In this document: positions 20,256 through 30,089 of the stretch, piece by piece
How positions within the stretch are numbered: position 1 is the stretch's first letter
How the letters are laid out: every line of letters begins with the position of its first letter
Origin: an uncultured Verrucomicrobiae bacterium
GTDB lineage: Bacteria; Verrucomicrobiota; Verrucomicrobiia; Opitutales; JABDGR01
Assembly (NCBI GenBank): GCA_963765205.1
Contig: CAVXVB010000008.1
Coordinates: 224,001 to 288,000, forward strand
DNA length: 64,000 nucleotides
Direction: 5' to 3'
Translations under genes and position numbers: made by a program
Notes under the pieces: generated by a model
What the model saw: the letters and a program-made list of their open reading frames with translations, nothing else
Database searches by the model: none
Told to the model about the DNA's origin: nothing

Positions 20256-20369
20256 GTGAATCAAAGTAGGGTTCACAGGGTGGAAAGTCAAGTTGGGAAA
20301 ACCGGCGCATAAACACTGCTGCTCCGACCTTGCCACCCTGCCGCAATCGCATAGGCTTTGACCTTTTCC

Positions 20370-21662
20370 ATGAGCGCCACTGCCACCCAAGCCAGGCCCA
20401 AGCCGCCCAAAGCGCGCGGGAACCGTCCCTCCGAAGCTCCGCCGAACGGAGCGCAGGGGGGCAAAGAATCCCTGCCCGATGCGCGAGGGCATTTTGGCGT
20501 TTACGGCGGTATGTTTGTGCCGGAGACGCTCATGACGCCGTTGCTTGATCTTGAAAAGGCCTATTGCGCCGCGCGTGACGATGCCGCGTTTCAACAGGAA
20601 TTCGCCGGGTTGCTCAAAAATTTCGCCGGGCGGCCGACGGGGCTTTATTTCGCCGAACGCCTGACCAACCACCTCGGCGGCGCGAAAATTTACCTCAAGC
20701 GCGAGGACACGCTCCACACCGGCGCGCACAAGATCAACAACGTCCTCGGCCAGGCGCTGCTCGCGCGGCGCATGGGCAAGACGCGCGTCATCGCCGAAAC
20801 CGGCGCGGGCCAGCACGGCACGGCCACCGCCGCCGTCGCCGCCAAATTCGGCCTCGAATGCGTCATTTACATGGGCGCGGAGGACATGCGGCGCCAGGCG
20901 CTCAACGGTTTCCGCATGAAGCTGATGGGCGCGACCGTCCACGGCGTCGAGGTTGGGCAAAAGACGCTCAAGGAAGCGGTCAACGAAGCGATGCGCGACT
21001 GGGTGGCGAACGTGCGCACGACGCACTACATCCTCGGCACCGCCTATGGCGCGCATCCGTATCCGATGATGGTGCGTGATTTTCACCGCGTCATCGGTCG
21101 CGAGGCCCGCGCGCAAATCCTCGCCGCCGAGGGCCGCCTGCCGGACGAGATCGTCGCCTGTGTCGGCGGCGGCAGCAACGCCATCGGCCTGTTTTTCGAA
21201 TTTCTCGAGGAGGCCAGCGTCAAGCTCACCGGCATCGAGGCCGGCGGGCGCGGGATTAAACCGGGCGAGCACGCCGCGCGCTTCGCCGGCGGCAAGCTCG
21301 GCGTGCTGCAAGGCTGCCTGACGTATTTGCTGCAAAGCGCCGACGGGCAAATCCTCGGCACTCATTCCGTCTCTGCCGGGCTGGACTACGCGGCCGTCGG
21401 GCCGGAGCACGCCTATTACCACGACCGCGGCCGCATCCACTACGGCTACGCGACCGACGTGGAGACCCTCGCCGCCTTCCAACTCCTCTGCCGGCTCGAA
21501 GGCATCATCCCCGCGCTGGAAAGCACGCACGCCCTCGCCTACGCCGTGCAGCGCGCCCCGCAAATGCGCCGCGACGAAATCCTCCTCGTCAACCTCTCCG
21601 GCCGCGGGGACAAAGACGTTCAAGAAGTGGCCCGAATTTTAGGTGGATCGGAACCGAAATAA
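20370..21662 (+). CDS. trpB: Tryptophan synthase beta chain
   Basis: [40 protein letters not shown]. Confidence 0.97.
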   Translation: MSATATQARPKPPKARGNRPSEAPPNGAQGGKESLPDARGHFGVYGGMFVPETLMTPLLDLEKAYCAARDDAAFQQEFAGLLKNFAGRPTGLYFAERLTNHLGGAKIYLKREDTLHTGAHKINNVLGQALLARRMGKTRVIAETGAGQHGTATAAVAAKFGLECVIYMGAEDMRRQALNGFRMKLMGATVHGVEVGQKTLKEAVNEAMRDWVANVRTTHYILGTAYGAHPYPMMVRDFHRVIGREARAQILAAEGRLPDEIVACVGGGSNAIGLFFEFLEEASVKLTGIEAGGRGIKPGEHAARFAGGKLGVLQGCLTYLLQSADGQILGTHSVSAGLDYAAVGPEHAYYHDRGRIHYGYATDVETLAAFQLLCRLEGIIPALESTHALAYAVQRAPQMRRDEILLVNLSGRGDKDVQEVARILGGSEPK

Positions 21663-21667
21663 TTATT

Positions 21668-21747
21668 AACCACGGAGAACACGGAGGACACGGAGAAATA
21701 TAGCTTGTAAAAATCCCCCCTCCGTGCCCTCTGTGTTCTCCGTGTTT
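21668..21747. repeat. Palindromic 9-mer repeat element (CACGGAG.. / ..CTCCGTG)
   Basis: AACCACGGAGAACACGGAGGACACGGAG...CTCCGTGCCCTCTGTGTTCTCCGTG. Confidence 0.85.
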
Positions 21748-21761
21748 CAATTCTTAATTTT

Positions 21762-22652
21762 ATGTTAAGCATGACTGGCTATGGTGGTGGAGTTGCCGCG
21801 CTGCCTGGTGCGGCCGCCCGCGAAGTTTTCGTCGAGGTCTCCTCGGTCAACCGCAAGGGCCTCGAGCTCTCGGTGTCGCTCCCGCGCGAATGGAACGCGC
21901 TCGAAGGCCCCCTCAGCGAACTGGCCAAGGCGCGGCTGCACCGCGGCGCCGTGCGGCTCAGCGTCACCCTGCGTATGACGACGGCACAAACTCCCGGCGC
22001 CCCCGGCCTGCAATGGGACGACGCGGCGCTGCAAAGGGAATTCGACCAGGCGCGGATTCTGGCCGACCGCTTCGACGTGCCGTTCACGCCCGACCTCAAT
22101 CTGCTCCTGCGCCTCGCCCAAAGCACCCAATGCGAAGCCCCGCCCTCCGCCGACGAGGCAAAAGCAGCCGTCGAGCAAGCCGTCGCCGCCGCGCTCGCGC
22201 AATTGACCGCCGCGCGCGGGCGCGAGGGCGAGGCCCTGCGCCGCGACCTCGCCGCGCGCACGGGGCTGCTGAAAAAAATCTGCGCGGAACTCGCGCCGCT
22301 CGCGCCCGCCTCGGTCGCCCGTTACCGCGAAGGGCTGCACGCCCGCCTCGCACAAATCGGGCTGGCCATTGACCTGAATGATGAGCGCGTCCTGCGCGAA
22401 ATCGCCCTCTTTGCCGACCGCTGCGACATCAGCGAGGAACTCACGCGCCTGGCCAGCCACCTCGACCAGTTTGAAAAAATCCTCGCGGAAGACGGCCCCG
22501 CCGGGCGCAAGCTCGATTTCCTCTGCCAGGAAATCCACCGCGAGTTCAACACCGTCGGCAGCAAAGCCCAGCACCTCGACATCACCCGCCGCGTCCTCGA
22601 CGCCAAAAACGAATTGGAGCGCATCCGCGAGCAGGTGCAGAATGTGGAGTAG
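21762..22652 (+). CDS. yicC: YicC/YloC family endoribonuclease
   Basis: SMTGYG, SVNRK, DISEELTRL.SH, GRKLDFL.QE..REFNT, IREQVQNVE. Confidence 0.93.
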   Translation: MLSMTGYGGGVAALPGAAAREVFVEVSSVNRKGLELSVSLPREWNALEGPLSELAKARLHRGAVRLSVTLRMTTAQTPGAPGLQWDDAALQREFDQARILADRFDVPFTPDLNLLLRLAQSTQCEAPPSADEAKAAVEQAVAAALAQLTAARGREGEALRRDLAARTGLLKKICAELAPLAPASVARYREGLHARLAQIGLAIDLNDERVLREIALFADRCDISEELTRLASHLDQFEKILAEDGPAGRKLDFLCQEIHREFNTVGSKAQHLDITRRVLDAKNELERIREQVQNVE

Positions 22653-22660
22653 GAAAGTGA

Positions 22661-22688
22661 AATTACGAAATTCGAATTACGAATTGCG
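22661..22688. repeat. 7-mer tandem array (AATTACG-like)
   Basis: AATTACG AAATTCG AATTACG AATTGCG. Confidence 0.7.
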
Positions 22689-22725
22689 AAACGAAAGATT
22701 CTAAAATCAGAATTTTCAACCCAAG

Positions 22726-24117
22726 TTATGGCGAGCGGCCAGGAGCCGGTGGGGGCGGTGGGGCCGGGACGGAGCTGTTTCCTGCGTCAACCGATTTTAT
22801 ATACCATCGGCCGTTGATTTTGATAAGGGTTTGGGTAGCTTGAATTCCTAAACCACCACCGTGGGCAGTAGGATACGTAAATAGGTAGGTTGCTTCGTCG
22901 CCAGCGGCGTTATAGGTCGGGGTCTGGTCTTCAAGGGCCTCCCAAGCTTGCGCCGCGTCTTGCGCTGTGGGGTTGCTAATGAATTCCGGGTTAATGCCGA
23001 GAGCCGCCATCTGCTGGTCAGCCTCTTGTATTCCTTGTATAGTCTGGGGGCCGATTTTTGCCCATTCATCCGGCGGCGTGAAAGTTTGCCAGAACGTCAC
23101 CAGATCGTTGTCCCGGTATAAACGCACGATGTAGGGTATGACGGTTTTCAAATCGGCTTGGGGATCGGCGGCGGCGGCTGGAGACGGAGTGACGTCCGGT
23201 AACGTGGCGACGGGTGTTGCCGGGGGCACTTTAGGTGGTTCGACTTGGTTTGCCGCGAGCAAGGGTGTCGCTGGATTTACGGTCGGCGCGGAGACATTTA
23301 CTAATGCCCCGGTGGATAATGGCGTGGGCGCGCGATGGGCAAGAATCGCTACCGTGATTCCCACGAGGGCGACCACCGCCGCCAATCCTTGGACAAGTTT
23401 TGACGTAATCATGGTTTTGAGGGAGGTGAGGATTAAAGTCAGGATGCTCATGGCCGCCGCGCCGCTCAGGGCGAGGTCGGAGATGGTCGCCGCCCACTCC
23501 GGCGCGACGACGGCGGCGGGGCTGGCTTCGAGCGTCGTGCCGAGCGCGGCGGCGGAACCGACCGTCACGCCGGAGCGGACGAGCAAGCCGCGCAATTTTT
23601 CCAGCGCGCGGGTTACGCGTTTTTGCGCGGCGTCTTCGCTGGAGCCGAGGGCGCGGCCGACGCTCCGCAGGTCGCGCTGTTCCAGATAGCGCAGCACGAG
23701 GGCGTCGCGGTCGGCGGGTTCGAGCTGGTTGAGCGCGTCATCGAGCACGGGGGCGAGTTGTACCCAGGGCGCATCCGGACCAGAATTTTCGTTTACGGCA
23801 TTGATTTCCATGGCAGTCCTTTCCCGCGCGCGGCGGCGGTGTTCGGCGCGCGCGGTGTTGAGCGCGAGATAACAAGTGTGCCGGTGCAGCCAGCCGCCCA
23901 GCACGACGCCCGCGGGCAGAGAGGGGGCCTGCTTCGCCAAATCGGTGAACACGTTCTGCGTCACGTCCTCCGCCAGATGCGGAGCCGGGGCCAGGATGCG
24001 CCGCGCGGTGCCGTGGACCATGCCGAGGTGACGCCGCACCAGCTCCCGAAACGCCGCTTCGGAGCCGGCGGCATAGTACCGCAGCAAATCGGCGTCCTCG
24101 GTCGGCAGGTCATGCAT
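22726..24117 (-). CDS. ECF sigma factor with TM segment and C-terminal extracytoplasmic extension
   Basis: AFRELVRRH, AEDVTQ.VF..L, GGWLHR, LVLRYL, AAQKRVTRALEKLR, then a TM helix, a Pro-rich linker and a globular domain. Confidence 0.88.
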   Translation of the reverse strand: MHDLPTEDADLLRYYAAGSEAAFRELVRRHLGMVHGTARRILAPAPHLAEDVTQNVFTDLAKQAPSLPAGVVLGGWLHRHTCYLALNTARAEHRRRARERTAMEINAVNENSGPDAPWVQLAPVLDDALNQLEPADRDALVLRYLEQRDLRSVGRALGSSEDAAQKRVTRALEKLRGLLVRSGVTVGSAAALGTTLEASPAAVVAPEWAATISDLALSGAAAMSILTLILTSLKTMITSKLVQGLAAVVALVGITVAILAHRAPTPLSTGALVNVSAPTVNPATPLLAANQVEPPKVPPATPVATLPDVTPSPAAAADPQADLKTVIPYIVRLYRDNDLVTFWQTFTPPDEWAKIGPQTIQGIQEADQQMAALGINPEFISNPTAQDAAQAWEALEDQTPTYNAAGDEATYLFTYPTAHGGGLGIQATQTLIKINGRWYIKSVDAGNSSVPAPPPPPAPGRSP

Positions 24118-24129
24118 CTTACCCTATAA

Positions 24130-24158
24130 AGAACCGCCCAGCCGGAAAATCCGACAAA
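24130..24158 (-). promoter_or_regulatory. Candidate autoregulatory ECF promoter
   Basis: TTTGTCGGATTT-N12-GTTCT; same motif and spacing upstream of the paralog at 31791-31819. Confidence 0.55.
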
Positions 24159-24161
24159 AAA

Positions 24162-24240
24162 TTCACCGCCAAGGCGCCAAGAGCGCAAAGGAGGTTTTTG
24201 CGCTAAAATCACCCTGCGCATCCTTCGCGCCTTCGCGGTA
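24162..24240. repeat. REP-like palindrome (CGCAAAGGC family)
   Basis: TTCACCGCCAAGGCGCCAAGAGCGCAAAG...CTTCGCGCCTTCGCGGTA. Confidence 0.7.
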
Positions 24241-24258
24241 ATAAAGAGATTGCTCCAC

Positions 24259-25668
24259 TCAACCCCCTCCGCCGCCTCCACCCGCGCCACGGCCGCCGCC
24301 GCCTCCACCCGCCGGAGCCGCGCCCGCCGACGCCCAAGGCGCGGTGCGGTTGGCGTTGGTCGTAAAATTAGCGCCCATGCGGCGGGCCATGCGGTTGAGC
24401 GCCTGCGGGTTGTCCGTCGGGAGCGTGGACAGCCATTGCGCCTGGTCGGGAGAAATTTGGTTCGAGGCAATCGCCGCCTGCAGCCCCGCCGTGTCCCCGC
24501 TGGCCAACATGCGGATGGCGACGGAGCCGATGGCCTTGTCGCGTTCGGTTGGGTCGGTGATCTGGGCGCTCCACGTCAGCGCCGTGGCCGAATCCACATT
24601 GCGCGCCTGCGCGGCGAAAGTGGCCACCGCCTGGTCGGTCGCGGGCGAGGGCGGGAGGGTGTTGAGGAAGGCCGCCGAGCCGTCGAGGTCGTAGCGCGAC
24701 CACGAGCGCATCGCGTCGGCCAGAATCGTGCCCGAAGGCTGCCCGGAACTGGCGGAGATGTTGGCGTCCAACTGCGCCGCCCAGACGGCGGCCGCCTGCG
24801 GGTCGTCGCGCGCCCACGAGCGGGCCAGTTGCGCGGCGTCGGCCGTTTGCTGGGCGGGGTCGGAGAGGTTGGCGACGTATTGCGAGGCGCTGGCCGGGTC
24901 GAGCTGCGCCCATTGGTTCATCAGCTCGTTGTTGGCGGTGGTCTGTTGCGCCGCCGGCAGGGTGGCAAACATCGCCAGCGCGCCGGTGAAATTGCCGCTA
25001 TTGGCAAAGGCGTCCGCGATGGCGTTGAGGCCCTGGCGCTGGATTTGCGCGCTGGCGGGAAGACTCGGGTCGAGGCCCTGGAGAAAGGACATGGCGGTCG
25101 CCGGGTCGTTGGCGGCCAAGCCCTGGATGGCGTCGCGGTAGCGCTGGGCGAGCATCGGGGCCGGCAGCGCCTCGGTGGAATCCGTGATGAATGCAATGGC
25201 GGCCTTCGGGTCGGTGGTGCCGAGGGCCTTGAGCGCGTCACCCACGCCGGCTTCGCGCACGCGGGGGTCGGTGACCTTGGTGTAATCCTTGAGATAAGCA
25301 TTGGGGTCGCGCGCGGCCCACGAGGCGATCATGGCGGCCATCATCGCGTCGCGCGGCTGGCCGTCCGCCATCTTCTGCAACTCGTCCAGAATCCCCGGAC
25401 ACTCGGACGGGTCGAGGCCATCTGCCCAGGCCTTGAGCGAGTCCGCGTCGGGCCGGCCCTTCGAGTTCATCAGGTCCTTGGTCGAGGGCACCGGCTGGGC
25501 GGCGGAGTTCAGGGTGATGGAAACGCCGTGCTCGGTCAGGGCTTTGCCGCGGCCGGTGACGGGTTTATTATTGCTTGCGCCGTGGTTGACGCCGATCCAA
25601 TACGCCGTGCCACTGCTGACGCACCAAACGGCCAGCGCGAGCAGGATTTTTAATTTGGGGGATTTCAT
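24259..25668 (-). CDS. Hypothetical membrane-anchored/exported helical-repeat protein
   Basis: N-terminal hydrophobic segment, repeated WA..DP..A helical motifs, Gly-rich tail. Confidence 0.75.
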   Translation of the reverse strand: MKSPKLKILLALAVWCVSSGTAYWIGVNHGASNNKPVTGRGKALTEHGVSITLNSAAQPVPSTKDLMNSKGRPDADSLKAWADGLDPSECPGILDELQKMADGQPRDAMMAAMIASWAARDPNAYLKDYTKVTDPRVREAGVGDALKALGTTDPKAAIAFITDSTEALPAPMLAQRYRDAIQGLAANDPATAMSFLQGLDPSLPASAQIQRQGLNAIADAFANSGNFTGALAMFATLPAAQQTTANNELMNQWAQLDPASASQYVANLSDPAQQTADAAQLARSWARDDPQAAAVWAAQLDANISASSGQPSGTILADAMRSWSRYDLDGSAAFLNTLPPSPATDQAVATFAAQARNVDSATALTWSAQITDPTERDKAIGSVAIRMLASGDTAGLQAAIASNQISPDQAQWLSTLPTDNPQALNRMARRMGANFTTNANRTAPWASAGAAPAGGGGGGRGAGGGGGGG

Positions 25669-26151
25669 GGGGGTAAGTGCGGGTTTATGGAAGACGGAAA
25701 ATGGAAGATGGAAAAGCCCGAACGCGGTATTGGGGCAGGGCAAAACTGGGGGGAAGCTACCACCCCAAAACAGTGTAACCCGCGTGCAGGCTCCCAAGTT
25801 GCGGCAAATTTCACCTTTCGTCAAACGGAAGCTATTAAACCAAAAAAACGCCCATGAAACCACGGATTTCACGGATGAGCCGATAACCAAGCGGATGGAG
25901 AAGGTTAGGACGTGGCCCAGTTTGGACGTGCCGGCCGGCCAGTCGTGACGCGGTGGCTACACTCCCTTTTACCCACTTGCGTTTAGTGATTGATATAGGG
26001 GCGTTTGCGAAAGAATGGAGGGTTTTGCGGATACCTATGGGCCAAGTGAGTGGGAACAAACCGTAGGCCACCCTTAAGCCCGTCGCCACCCGGATAAAAC
26101 AACATTAAACAGCATGAGCCAACGCCACCCTAAAAGGCAATAGCCGGTCGG

Positions 26152-26529
26152 TTAAGGTTCCTTGGCCGGCAACATTTTATTAATCGCAGTGACCAGTTCA
26201 TCATTGGAAAAAGGCTTGGCCAGAACGTATTTGGCGCCCAATTGCTCGGCGGTTTTTAAATAATTTGTCGCGGTCCCACGTCCCCCTCCGGACATCGCGA
26301 TAATTTTAACTTCCGGCCATTTTTTTCTCAATTCAATGATGGTTTCGATTCCCTCCTTCTCCGGCATAATGAGGTCGGTGAACACCAAATCGGCCGGAGC
26401 GCTGGCATAGCGGGCCAGACCCTCCTTGCCATTGGGCGCTTCCGTAACGGTGTGACCCAATTGCTCCAAATTTTCGCGAAGCATGGGGCGAAATGACTCG
26501 TCGTCATCAATGATGAGCAAATGGGCCAT
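26152..26529 (-). CDS. Single-domain response regulator
   Basis: LLIIDDD, TDLIMP..EG, IAMSG, LAKPF. Confidence 0.93.
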   Translation of the reverse strand: MAHLLIIDDDESFRPMLRENLEQLGHTVTEAPNGKEGLARYASAPADLVFTDLIMPEKEGIETIIELRKKWPEVKIIAMSGGGRGTATNYLKTAEQLGAKYVLAKPFSNDELVTAINKMLPAKEP

Positions 26530-26531
26530 AT

Positions 26532-29465
26532 TTAGATCCGGGGTTGTGTATGTAAGACGCGGTGGACGGCGAGACCCAGCGACTGGATGGTGTGGGGTTT
26601 AAGCAATATCTCGCGTATGCCCATTTCACGCACGCGTTCCGGGGTCAAACTCGCGCTGTAGCCTGTGGTGAGAATGATGGGCAAATGGGGACGGATCTGG
26701 AGGAGTTCCAAGGCGAAATCCGTGCCCAACATTAAAGGCATGGTCAAGTCGGTGATAACAAGGTCAAAGGCCATCGGGTTCGCTCGCACCATCGCGAGCG
26801 CCTCGGTCACGTTGGTCTTATTTTCGACGACATAGCAAAGTTCCTCAAGCATATTCTGACCAAGCATTGCGAGCGGCATTTCGTCGTCCACAAAAAGAAT
26901 TCGCTCACCGTGTCCAGCCGGGGTCTCTTCCACAGTGGCCGCGGTTTCCTTGCTCGCCTCGGTGGTAATGGGAAAATATAAGTGAAAGACCGTGCCTTCT
27001 CCCGGCTGGCTGTAAACAGTGATGGCTCCGCCATGGCTCTGCATAATTCCATGCACCACGGACAGACCCAGGCCGGTACCCTCGCCCGGCCCCTTGGTGG
27101 TAAAAAATGGCTCGAAGATGCGCGCAATGGTCGCGCGGCTCATGCCATGCCCGGTATCGCTGACACTCAGCCGTATATAGGGGCCGGCCCGCAAGTCGGC
27201 ATTGGCCCCCGCCAGCAATTCGTCCACCGTGAATTTTTCCAATCGCACCCCCAGCCGGCCAGGACGATCTTTCATCGCGTGCGAAGCATTGGTGCAAAGA
27301 TTCATCACGATCTGGTGAACCTGGGTGGCGTCGGCCAAAACCGGAGGCAGGTTGGCATCCAGCGAGACCTCAAACTCGATGTTGCTCGGGATGGACGCCC
27401 GCAATAGTTTAAGTGGCTCCTGCACGACGTTGCCAAGTTCAACCGGCTTTCGTTCCTGCGCCTCCTGCGGGCGGCTAAACGTGAGAATCTGTTTTACGAG
27501 TGAGACGGCGCGCGTGCCGGCCAGAAACACGGCATCAAGATATTTGATTATTGTTGGATCATGGGCTGCGCGTCGTTTGGCCATTTCCGTGTAGCCGATG
27601 ATGGCGGCCAGGATGTTGTTGAAATCATGCGCAATCCCTCCCGCCAGGGTGCCGATGGCCTCCATTTTCTGGGCCTGCCGGAACTGTTCCTCCACTTTGC
27701 GTTGCGCGGTGATGTCGCGAAAAGTCCAAATTCTGCCGTAATGTTTTCCTGTTTTATCCAGGACTGGGGCCGAATAGCGATCCAGGATGGTTCCATCCTG
27801 GAGTTCAAATTCGTCCCGGCCTTTCTCTTGGGGATGGGCATAAAGGTGGTTTACCCGTTCGCTAAATTGTTTGGGGTTCTTGGTTCGCTGGGTTACATAT
27901 TGAAGCAATTTGGTATCGTCATCGTCCCGGGCGATTTCATCTGGAATCTTGAAAATTTCAATCAGCCGCCGGTTTTGCAGAATCTTTTTGGCGTGTTCGT
28001 CCACGACCAAAATGCCGTCGATGGTGGAATCCACCTGCGCTTCGAGCAAAGCGGTTTTTGAAACCAATTCCGCCTGCGCCTGCTTGCGCTCAGTGATGTC
28101 ACGGGCGAAACCGCAATTGAACTCTTTGCCCTCAAAGCGCACATAGGTTGAAACAATCTCGACCGGGTACTTGCTGCCATCTTTGCGGCGATGCACGCTT
28201 TCACGGGCGAAGAATCCGGTTTCCCTTAACCTTTTCCACACCTCTTGCAGGCGAAGAGGCGTGACATGGGTGGCAATCAGCGTAATCGGTTGGCCGAGCA
28301 GTTCTTCGCGGGTATAGCCCAGGGCTTTGCAGGCTGAATCGTTGACGTAAACGAACCGATTGTTCGTATCCAACCAATAAGCCCCGTCAAAATGTTTGTC
28401 GACGGTAACCTTGAGCATCTCAAGCTGCTCCGTGGCCCGCTTGCGCTCGGTGGTGTCCTGAATATAGGAAATCAGGTAGGCGTCTTTACCGCGCGATTTC
28501 TCAATGAGGGCGGTGGACAGGTAGGCCCAGACGACTTGCCCGTCCTTGCGGAGATAACGCTTCTCGGTTCGCATGGTTTTGGGCCCGCCGAATCGCGCAT
28601 CGTCGAGAAATTTGCAGCCAATTTCCTTGTCCTCATCGTGGGTGACATCATTAAAGGTCAATTGGAGCAACTCGTCCTCAGAGTAGCCCAGCATGGCGCA
28701 TAAAGTGGGGTTGGCTTTAAGAAATCTTCCATCCGTGGCCACCAGGCAGACGCCGACGGTGGCGTTTTCAAAGGAAGTGCGGAACAATTCCTCGCTCTCC
28801 CGCAGTTCCCTCAACTCCCGCCGCCGGATGGACAAATTCACAATCAGCACCGCCGCACAGACGAAGGCCAGCACCATCACGATCGCCACCGCCCAATACA
28901 GCCGGTGGACGCTGTTGCTGATGTGGTCCGTGTAGATCAGGCTATTGGCATGATTGTAGTCCAGCAACGCCTGGGCGGAGTTTATCGCTGAAACGTAAGC
29001 GGGCACCAAATCGTTTTCGAGGAAAGCAGCGCTCTTGTCCCGATCCCCGGCTAAAATTAACGCCTCATAGGCCATGCGCTGCTGCTGGAACTTCGCATAC
29101 TGGCTTGTCACTTCGGCGAGCAACGCTTGGTCTTTCGCTGGATTGATTTTAATCGTGGCCTGGTATTGCTTGACATCATTGGCGAATGCCGCATCGGCGT
29201 CATGCACTGTTTTAAGACTCGCGTCCCGGGATTCGGTGGTCTGCGCGAAAGCCGCCACCATCACCCAACCGACGCTGCGGGACATATCCATGCGCATCTT
29301 GTGCGCGGCGATGGTGCCGGGCACGGCATCCTTGGCGACTGACTCACTGTCGCGCTTCACTTGCTGCCCGCTGAAGTAAGCCACCGCCCCCAAAGCGATG
29401 AACAAGCATATTATTGCTATGCTTGCCAATCGTATCCGCAGCGATGTGTCGGTTTGGTTTTTCAT
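26532..29465 (-). CDS. Hybrid sensor histidine kinase (periplasmic four-helix sensor, three PAS-like domains, HisKA, HATPase, REC)
   Basis: Two TM helices, PAS/PAC motifs, GGIAHDFNNIL, NLCTNA, FFTTK, GTGLGL and a C-terminal receiver; alternative start 29504. Confidence 0.92.
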   Translation of the reverse strand: MKNQTDTSLRIRLASIAIICLFIALGAVAYFSGQQVKRDSESVAKDAVPGTIAAHKMRMDMSRSVGWVMVAAFAQTTESRDASLKTVHDADAAFANDVKQYQATIKINPAKDQALLAEVTSQYAKFQQQRMAYEALILAGDRDKSAAFLENDLVPAYVSAINSAQALLDYNHANSLIYTDHISNSVHRLYWAVAIVMVLAFVCAAVLIVNLSIRRRELRELRESEELFRTSFENATVGVCLVATDGRFLKANPTLCAMLGYSEDELLQLTFNDVTHDEDKEIGCKFLDDARFGGPKTMRTEKRYLRKDGQVVWAYLSTALIEKSRGKDAYLISYIQDTTERKRATEQLEMLKVTVDKHFDGAYWLDTNNRFVYVNDSACKALGYTREELLGQPITLIATHVTPLRLQEVWKRLRETGFFARESVHRRKDGSKYPVEIVSTYVRFEGKEFNCGFARDITERKQAQAELVSKTALLEAQVDSTIDGILVVDEHAKKILQNRRLIEIFKIPDEIARDDDDTKLLQYVTQRTKNPKQFSERVNHLYAHPQEKGRDEFELQDGTILDRYSAPVLDKTGKHYGRIWTFRDITAQRKVEEQFRQAQKMEAIGTLAGGIAHDFNNILAAIIGYTEMAKRRAAHDPTIIKYLDAVFLAGTRAVSLVKQILTFSRPQEAQERKPVELGNVVQEPLKLLRASIPSNIEFEVSLDANLPPVLADATQVHQIVMNLCTNASHAMKDRPGRLGVRLEKFTVDELLAGANADLRAGPYIRLSVSDTGHGMSRATIARIFEPFFTTKGPGEGTGLGLSVVHGIMQSHGGAITVYSQPGEGTVFHLYFPITTEASKETAATVEETPAGHGERILFVDDEMPLAMLGQNMLEELCYVVENKTNVTEALAMVRANPMAFDLVITDLTMPLMLGTDFALELLQIRPHLPIILTTGYSASLTPERVREMGIREILLKPHTIQSLGLAVHRVLHTQPRI

Positions 29466-29628
29466 CGTTCCAGCGAAAGCTAAAGGCATAAAACGCATGA
29501 CCACGAACGCACCCTGACTGTCGGAGGTTACGCGGGTAAAATATAACTGTCAATGTTCCACCACCCAAGTGATCGGTGCTGGCCCATCCACGTATTGCAA
29601 TACTGTCGCACGAGTAGTAAGGAGGCCC

Positions 29629-29850
29629 ATGTGCAAATTATCCGCAGTCATCTACCCAGGCGCCGAAAGCGATCGGTTGATCGCTTACCATCCCGAGATA
29701 GTTACAACGACACAGGGATAAACCCCGGAGAAGGCTCTGGCTAACTTAAAAGGGGCCCCCGGCCTTTATTTCAAGGAGTTTCCTTTGCCTGCAAACCAAC
29801 GCGTCATTCTAAAAACCTTCACCGTTAAACGACGCTTGACAATAAATTAA
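29629..29850 (+). pseudogene. HicB-like antitoxin pseudogene
   Basis: AGGAGG RBS; MCKLSAVIYP...IAYHPEIVTTTQG*TPEKALANLK.A..LYFKEFPLP; TAA at 29719-29721 replaces the E of the QGET motif. Confidence 0.7.
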
Positions 29851-30089
29851 TTATTTACTATTTATAATATTTCGCCCATATCACATAGAATTTTGTGCGT
29901 GCCCGATGGCTGTTTTATGACTTTTTAATTGGTGTCATGCAAACCGTTGAAATATATATACTTGTGTAATCTTGGTGTGGCCGTAACTAGGTGCTCTAGC
30001 CCGCGCTTCTTTCGCGGGGGCTGCATTTAGGTCGCGGGCTAAAGCACCGCGCCAAGAAGAAGATGATCCTTCAAATTACACCATTACCT

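Noticed and set aside
20370..21662. trpB without adjacent trpA
   Set aside because: Dispersed trp genes are ordinary; the sequence looks like a standard TrpB.
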